This document shows positions 57,401-64,000 of a stretch of DNA of 64,000 bases, piece by piece. The notes under the pieces are model-generated. The model searched no databases, was not told the origin of the DNA, and worked only from the letters and a program-made list of their open reading frames with translations. Where the stretch lies: positions 516,869 to 580,868 of the forward strand of contig NMRA01000266.1 of NCBI GenBank assembly GCA_002633005.1, written 5' to 3'. Made by a program: the position numbers and the translations under genes. Every line of letters begins with the position of its first letter. The stretch's first letter is position 1. The DNA comes from Phoronis australis (Eukaryota > Animalia > Phoronida).

Positions 57401-60400
57401 GTCATCACAAGACAACCAATTTATCAATACTTCAACAACCTTGAAATACAAATAACTATGCATCACGTGAAAAGTAACTGCACCGCTATTACGTCCCCAG
57501 GGGAATTTTCGACATCGGGAAGTGCCAAAAATCATTCATGATCTTTGCTTTTTAAAAATTAATGTGGTGATGACGTACATTTTAGTTGTCCATATTTTCT
57601 ATAAATAAAAAGTTATCTCACGTACTGAAATGGGTAGGGATCATAGCGTTTCCCTTTGATTGCCCAGCGACACCCGATGCCTCTTTCTCGAAGTGTTAAT
57701 TGGTTTCTGTTGTTGATTGCGGATAAATATCACTCTAAGATGGCTTATCCTGTTTCATCAGGACAGTCAAAGGATGAATGTCTGAAACTCTGTCTCCAAC
57801 TCAAAGTCTACTGAACTAGACAGAAAACACTTGGAATTTTTCAAGAAACGCAAAAGTGAAATAAAAACAACTGTTGACTATTTGTAACTAGAGGTCTGAC
57901 TTTTGACTAACGTCAACAGACAAAAGCCCATAGTTCCTTTGAGAAAAATCCCCGGATGTCAGCACTGAGAGGCTGTTTTGAGTCGGGGCGCAAACCAATG
58001 TCTACTTTTCGATCTATAATTGATGATAGTTCAGGGTCACCTCAGACGCAGACACATTAACTGTCCTCACGTACGGTCGAAGTCACAATAGCGTGACTCA
58101 GTTGTCTGTCTCGAGTGACAAATACTGTTTCTCGAAAACTTCATTGTTGTTTGACATTGTTTTAAAAATGTAAAACCTTTCAACTCAACAACTGAGTTAT
58201 AACTGGCCGAGAAACACTGAAGATCGATTCACCATCAGCGATAATCAAGTCCTCTTTCTCGAAGAGATTATTAGCCATTGATTTAAATCAAAAGCCAAGC
58301 ATCGGATCACGTGATTTTCTTATTCTATTACATGTACCTTTGTTCTCGAATTGAAGGCAGACTTTCAGCCTCACAATATTTTTGTGAAAATGTTTAAGTC
58401 ATCCCGTCTGCTAAGTTTCAGTCGAAAGTCAAAAGTCAAAAGCCAATAAATTCACCGAGAAACAACCCCCCATAGTGGTACCAATTTCTTCGAATTCCCT
58501 TTCAGAAGGAGGAATGATGACTCGTTGAATTTTTCAGTTAAAATAACGTCGACCAATTTCCTATGCCTCGTTTTTCTATCGATTTGTGAAAGTGACATAT
58601 CCGGGGCTCGACCTGTGGATCACGGTCGTAACACGTCTGACCGGCCTTCTTATCGTCTGACCCAAATCAGGCGGAAGAACCGCCTTTTTACCGTCAAGAA
58701 ACGTATAGGCCAATGACGTCATTTGTGGGTAGTCTCTATCCACACGCACACACATAAGTTTATGTCACGTGATTGGCCAAATTATCATTACATTGCTAAT
58801 TAATGTTATGCTATTTTCTCACAAGACGCCTGTTAAGCGCCTGATCTGCCTCACGCACTAACATCATAATGTTGAGCGTGGTGAAATTTGCATATACTTG
58901 ATAACACACGCGGTCAAGTGGCAGGCGCAAGCGACATTTGGACGCGTATTGTCCATAGTTGCGAAATTAAACGATATATTTCTGTAATTTGGGAAAAGTG
59001 TTTTTGTGATTTATGGAAGAGTAAATATTAACATCCATCCTCTTCACACGCTAACAATCTGATCAACGTGTGTAATGTACAGTTGGCTTGGGACGTGGAA
59101 AAAGCAAACTAAACACGTTGAAATACCGTTCGACTGAATTGAATTCATTTTCTATCTGTGGTTGTAACTTCTTTTAAGAAAGCCAAGTTAAAAGAATGTT
59201 TAAGGAGATGGCACCAAGAGAAAGAGAACGAATTCAAGAAAGTAATATTACAGGTAGGTCCGTGCTACGCTATAGAATAAATGTACAGGATGATATGTTG
59301 AATCAATTTCTTTATTAAATGTGATTTGTTAGATTTAGCAGTTTGAAGTCTATGTAAATTTCTTGTCATCATTTTGCGGCCGTAAGATTCACACTAACTT
59401 TATGATCTTGCTAATTTGTTCCAAAAGCCATGACCAAGTCAGTATATTTCTCCTTATTTTATAACATAGAATATAAAGGTCAATAATTTCTGTAGTCAAG
59501 GAAACTGTCTGCATGTTTTTAAACCTGACAAGCGTCTTGACTCTACTGTCATCTTGATAAACATTCCCAATGTAGCAACATAAAACCACGTGCGTCCATG
59601 TCTCCTGGCAAAAGTCATCGCATTTATTGTCTTTACAGAAGCAAACACAAACAGAGGAAAGAAAACACAGAAAAGTCGTCATCGGTGACGTAATGAAGGT
59701 AATATTCACGGCCGAACAACTGTGCCCATGAACACTAACAGCTAATTTAAGTCAACAGACTATTTAGAGAATATGTGAATATGTAAAATCAAACCGGCGT
59801 CGAAACATAGATTGCAAACATTTTTGTGTCTGGCCAGCACGTCACCTGTTGGCAACATCACGTGACCTAATGAATACGTCTGAAAAGAGATCTTTCCCAA
59901 TCTACGTTACAGCGATATTTTAGATTTATACAGTAAATTCAGATACAGCCAGGAGATGAAAAGCATGATGCAATGCTATCAGTCCAATTGGATTGCTGAG
60001 TTCCACTGTTGCATGGTGCCTATGGCTCAGCGGACTAGAGCGTCTGCACGATAAGCAGACGGTCCCGTGTTCTAGTCTCGCTCGGGGGTAGAAAGGTTTT
60101 CAGACTTATATGCATTTTAATGAGTTACGTGATGTTACCAATAGGTGGCGAGCTAACCAGACTGAAAACTGCTGTAAAAAGCAGCGCTAAAACTATTCAA
60201 AAATCACAATATCGGGATGTAATGCTTTCAACTAAAGGGTCAGGTTTTCTGGTCAATCCTTGTTAAATTTATCGAGGAAACTCCATGTCTGTTCTACTTC
60301 AGAATGTTGAAAGGTCGAATCTTTTTAACACATCTGTTTCAGAGGGCATCGTGTCGCCTAAAATATCATGCTGAATTTTAAAATAACAGCATAAAAACCG

Positions 60401-62675
60401 TTGTTTTTTTGCTGTCCCACTCACTGAATCCATCTTGTAGCAATATGATTTTCGATAACAATCCAGTCCACCTAGAGTGCAACATCATACGCAAAAGTTA
60501 GGATTTCAAAAACTGCAGCAAGTACGTGTATCAAGGCATGGACATTACTCATAAACAGAGCCAACCGCTGATGGAGCAACAGGAAATATCCAACCAATCT
60601 CCCAATCCTGACGAGACTCTGGAGGAGCTCAAATTTACACATGCGCAGAAAGTATTCCTTGGGTTGGAGAGTGAGAAGAGAGTCAAGGTAAACTATGAAA
60701 CCTTTGTACTTGCGTCAATAAAATGCAACGTATAATTATGACCGCATCGTCGAATTGCTTAATCGCCCTGATAACGCTGCCAACATTATGGTACTCAGTC
60801 CTAAGCTCCGACTACAACATATAGGTGGCGCTGATCATCCAGTTTCACAAGGTGCCCCGGAGCCTTTCTTCTTTAGAAGGCACAGAACAGTTTTCACAGG
60901 GGTTTGCCTATCAGAACACACGTCAATGGATTCATAACTCTTTCTTCACTCCGTCAAAAACTGCATGCAAATAAAGAAAAGTTTTGGGTCATGTCACATC
61001 ACAAGCCCTACAGATGAGCACAGAATCTTTATTCTCTCTTGTATTTTTGTCCCTTTCGGCCCCACTGAAAACCAAGCTAGACTAGGAAAAATAAGGGCAA
61101 GTAACCACCACTTCCCTGCCGGTGCTCAACTAAAGCCAACATTAGATTCTGAAAGCAAATTTCCTGTCGATTCCAAAAATGTGGTCCAATAGTACTGTCA
61201 ACCAACTAGTTTTTTTTTTGCAAATCTGGCTTGTTTGAGTGCTACCTGAAATCGCGGCCAATTTCTCAGTTGCTACACTGCAATGCACAATTGCAACCGG
61301 GGGCCGCCATCTTGAATAAGAGTGCAGCTACAGCCGAGAAAGTGGCCGTTTTATTCTCAGCATGTTCACTAATACAAACAAACCGCATTCACTTGACCTA
61401 CATACAATGCTTAACTAAAAATGCCCCCAAGCCAGGCCTACCCCTGGATTTTATTATTTTGGCAAAATGGCCACAACTGCAGCCTAACTGTTCAGTGCCA
61501 CCTTACTCTGACTCACAGCCCCTCCATTCACTAAGGCAGACACAATACACATAGGGGGAGCTGATCACCCAATATTCCTGCGTTCTTTCAGCGTTATGAT
61601 AGAAGATGGTTCTCACTGCCAAACAGAAAATTGCAAAGTTGAACAAAGTTGGCAACTTCCTACCAAGATTCAGTCGCTTTATATCAAATGCCAGTAATTT
61701 TCAGACCGAATCCAGTGGTAAAAACTAATAGCTATCGTAGCGTGGAAATATTTAGAGGAAATGTTTGATCATTTTGGGCTTGGAGGGGTTAACTAGTTCC
61801 CATTAGTGGCTTAAATTGGGGGGCGGTTGTAAATCATGTGTCGTAGTTCTTTGCGAGTCGTGATCTTAGTCATACAACTATCCCAGTTGGACTGTATAAT
61901 TAAACACGAATGGGTTTAGGGCCCGAGTTGAGAAGATAGTTGCTTTATTAACCCCTATGGGTTTGAACAGCCAAGCCTGGGATGTAGATTGGTAGATCCG
62001 TCTATTTCACGATTTCTGTGTTTGGACCCTGAGCCAACTTGGATATGCACTTTCAAAAGACCTCAACTCTCGCGAAACAAAGTCTGTTCACGTTCGTTAC
62101 CTAGCTCAATGATACGATAAGTAAACGGAAGACCATGACGGAAGTGTGGAAAACGTGGCCAAACGGTCGTGTTCCGTGGGAGTTCGACAGTGACCACCAG
62201 TTTCAATTTGAAGTTAGCAAAGACGAAATTTGGAAAGCAATCTACCATTGGCAGAATGAAACGTGTCTGCGATTCCCCGAAAGAAATTCTGGTGACGTGG
62301 ACTACCTCAAGCTCGGCACAGGCAAAGGGTATGTTGTGTGAAAGATACTTTCTCTGTTACATATGTTAATTTATAAACTAACTAACTGTTTCTTGTAATA
62401 CCGATTAGAAAACGTTAAAACATAGTTCATACAAGTTGTCTTGCTTCATAGCTGCACGCCTCGAGTTGAAGGCACATTCCAAACACTCCCCTACTGGGAA
62501 ATCCCCCTAGTTTGCACCGCCTTCATAGAGTTTTCTCGAGAACAAACTCGCTGACAGCGGGAAAATACATAGGAATGTTTAACCCACGAGATATCTGATT
62601 CGCAGGTGCTCTTCGTGGGTAGGAAGAATCGGCGGTGGTCAAAAGATTAACTTACAGGAACCCGGATGTATTCTT
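54313..62675 (+). CDS. Astacin-family (M12A) zinc metalloprotease precursor, 3'-truncated by window
   Basis: Firm exons 62105-62328 (SKR cleavage site, WPNGRVPWEF..AIYHWQNETCLRF) and 62606-62675 (GCSSWVGRIGGGQKINLQEPGC); probable upstream exons 54313-54438 (signal peptide), 57156-57263, 59179-59253, 59639-59698, 60519-60687; HExxH exon not in window. Confidence 0.75.
57156..57263 (+). CDS. Probable astacin pro-region exon
   Basis: GDGLPAEREFDVATERLRKELVQLRDDSDRTNVEEL|gtaagt, phase 0/0. Confidence 0.6.
60016..60089 (+). pseudogene. tRNA-like SINE head / pseudo-tRNA (anticodon position GAT)
   Basis: D arm gctc..gagc with A box tggctcagcgg, anticodon stem tctgc/gcaga intact; T and acceptor stems broken. 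Confidence 0.7.
60519..60687 (+). CDS. Probable astacin pro-domain exon
   Basis: KYVYQGMDITHKQ...LESEKRVK|gtaaac; YQGMDI resembles the astacin pro-peptide FxGDI motif; 5' boundary uncertain. Confidence 0.65.
62105..62328 (+). CDS. Astacin exon (start of catalytic domain)
   Basis: WPNGRVPW..IWKAIYHWQNETCLRFPER..DYLKLGTGKG. Confidence 0.93.
62606..62675 (+). CDS. Astacin exon (catalytic domain)
   Basis: CSSWVGRIGGGQKINLQEPGCIL|gtaagt. Confidence 0.93.
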
Positions 62676-64000
62676 GTAAGTGTTTTGTTGTTCTCACATG
62701 TATTTAGTGAATGTACAGCATTCATGTAACATACAAAGTAGAACATAATGTTGAATTGTGGACTTCTGAAATATATTAAGTTATGCATACGTCCACCCAT
62801 GGTTGACTTATTAGAATTATACAGTAATAGCGGTAAAAACGCGGTTCCGTCGAAAGTTTTGATTGGTCTTAGCTTGTGAGTTTTGTTCTTATTTTGCTAA
62901 GAACCAACAGTTGACCATTGGCTGAGACCATGCTAGGCAAATGACGTGACGTGGAGAGTGAACTTAAGTGAGTCTAACTGGGTCGGGTATTACCGATAAG
63001 TACTGGCCAGTTACTTCCAAACCTAGACATCCCCTGTGATTGAAAGTGTGCTTCCGACTCGATTTGTTTATCGCCATGCGAAATCAAAACATTAGTGCAC
63101 AAAACTGTCAAAGTAAAGTAGTTTCGTTGATTTGTGTACGGAATGTTAGAGAAATTACGGTATTTTGCATTGTGTGGATTGGAATAGCCTAATGTGCCAA
63201 ATGGATTGCCTGATCAGAGCTCGACTTGCCTTCACTAGTAGTATACACAGCGAATTGACCGTTCCTGCAATATTTTTTTTGCTGTAGGTCTCGGTTGGTG
63301 GCAGGAGCTCCAAGGAATTCAGTGCCTGAGTGTTTTCGGTTTGTGTGTTTCCCTGCAGGTTACGATGATATTAACGTCTGTTATGACAAAATTTCCATGG
63401 TTACATTTGATTAAAATCTGGAAGCTGCATACTCGTGCTCTCACTGTCGAATATTGACGCTGGATGTAGTGTCGTTCTTCATGCTGCTGTTTACGCTGCC
63501 AAAAGGTCGCTATATAGGTCAGATGTGCCCTGACACGTCCCCCGCTCCTTTACCAGTCTCCCTCGGAAAGAAGTAACTCTTTTACCATCGATGTCCAGTC
63601 AATGAAAATGTTATTAATTGCGTGACATTAAACTTTAATGCCATTTAATAATTAGAGCGAAATCTGTACAAGTGGTTACATATTAAATTCCGTAGACCAC
63701 AATTTAGATATTAGCTTGCATTGGCGGCGAAACAGCTACACTTATGGAATGGTGGTTATACTGAAGTTAATCTCATATTTCAATTCTCCAACCTCTCTGA
63801 CCAGTCACTTCAGAGACTGCCTTTGCAGGACAGGCTATTAAGATACTGAGCCTTCCTCTCAAAACACACCCTTGTTATTTGCGTGATTTTGCAAATTTTG
63901 CGAGGAACGCTGTCCAAGTTCCAGTGCTAAGTTGACCAGGAACATGTACTGCATCCTGCATCTTGCAGTGTTACAAAATAGAAGTTTGAATAACATGGCT

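Noticed and set aside
60016-60089. Functional tRNA-Ile(GAT)
   Set aside because: Acceptor and T stems mispaired, U33 absent, no Pol III T-run directly after.
63288-63330. Next astacin exon candidates near the window end
   Set aside because: In-frame stop and no HExxHxxGxxH motif; the true exon must lie beyond 64000.

Overview
Eukaryotic (intron-rich, invertebrate bilaterian-like; taxon is inference) draft-assembly DNA, not prokaryotic: no operons or CRISPR. Four protein-coding genes can be reconstructed by hand from GT-AG exons with consistent phases: (1) SUCO-like SUN-domain ER membrane protein, + strand, 5' end outside the window, exons 2530-16886; (2) eIF3g, - strand, complete CDS 29331->19169, tail-to-tail with SUCO; (3) a TRIM E3 ligase with an intronless CDS (RING-Bbox-Bbox-coiled coil-NHL), - strand 41458->39482; (4) the 5' part of a secreted astacin (M12A) metalloprotease, + strand from 54313, running off the window. 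The rest is transposon debris (Penelope GIY-YIG remnant with a decayed hammerhead, pogo-like DDE+PHD element with a nested LINE tail, tRNA-derived SINEs, MITEs with 3-, 5- and 6-bp TSDs), many intronic minisatellites, one 764-N gap, and three duplications joined by a single N (probably uncollapsed haplotypes; the SUCO one may be real). I did not find a convincing wholly new biological system. The best leads are the in-frame 600-bp SUCO duplication, a possible antisense head-to-head transcript at eIF3g, minisatellites made of 5' splice-site motifs, and a minisatellite born inside a SINE. All coordinates were counted by eye and all family calls are from motif recognition, not database searches.
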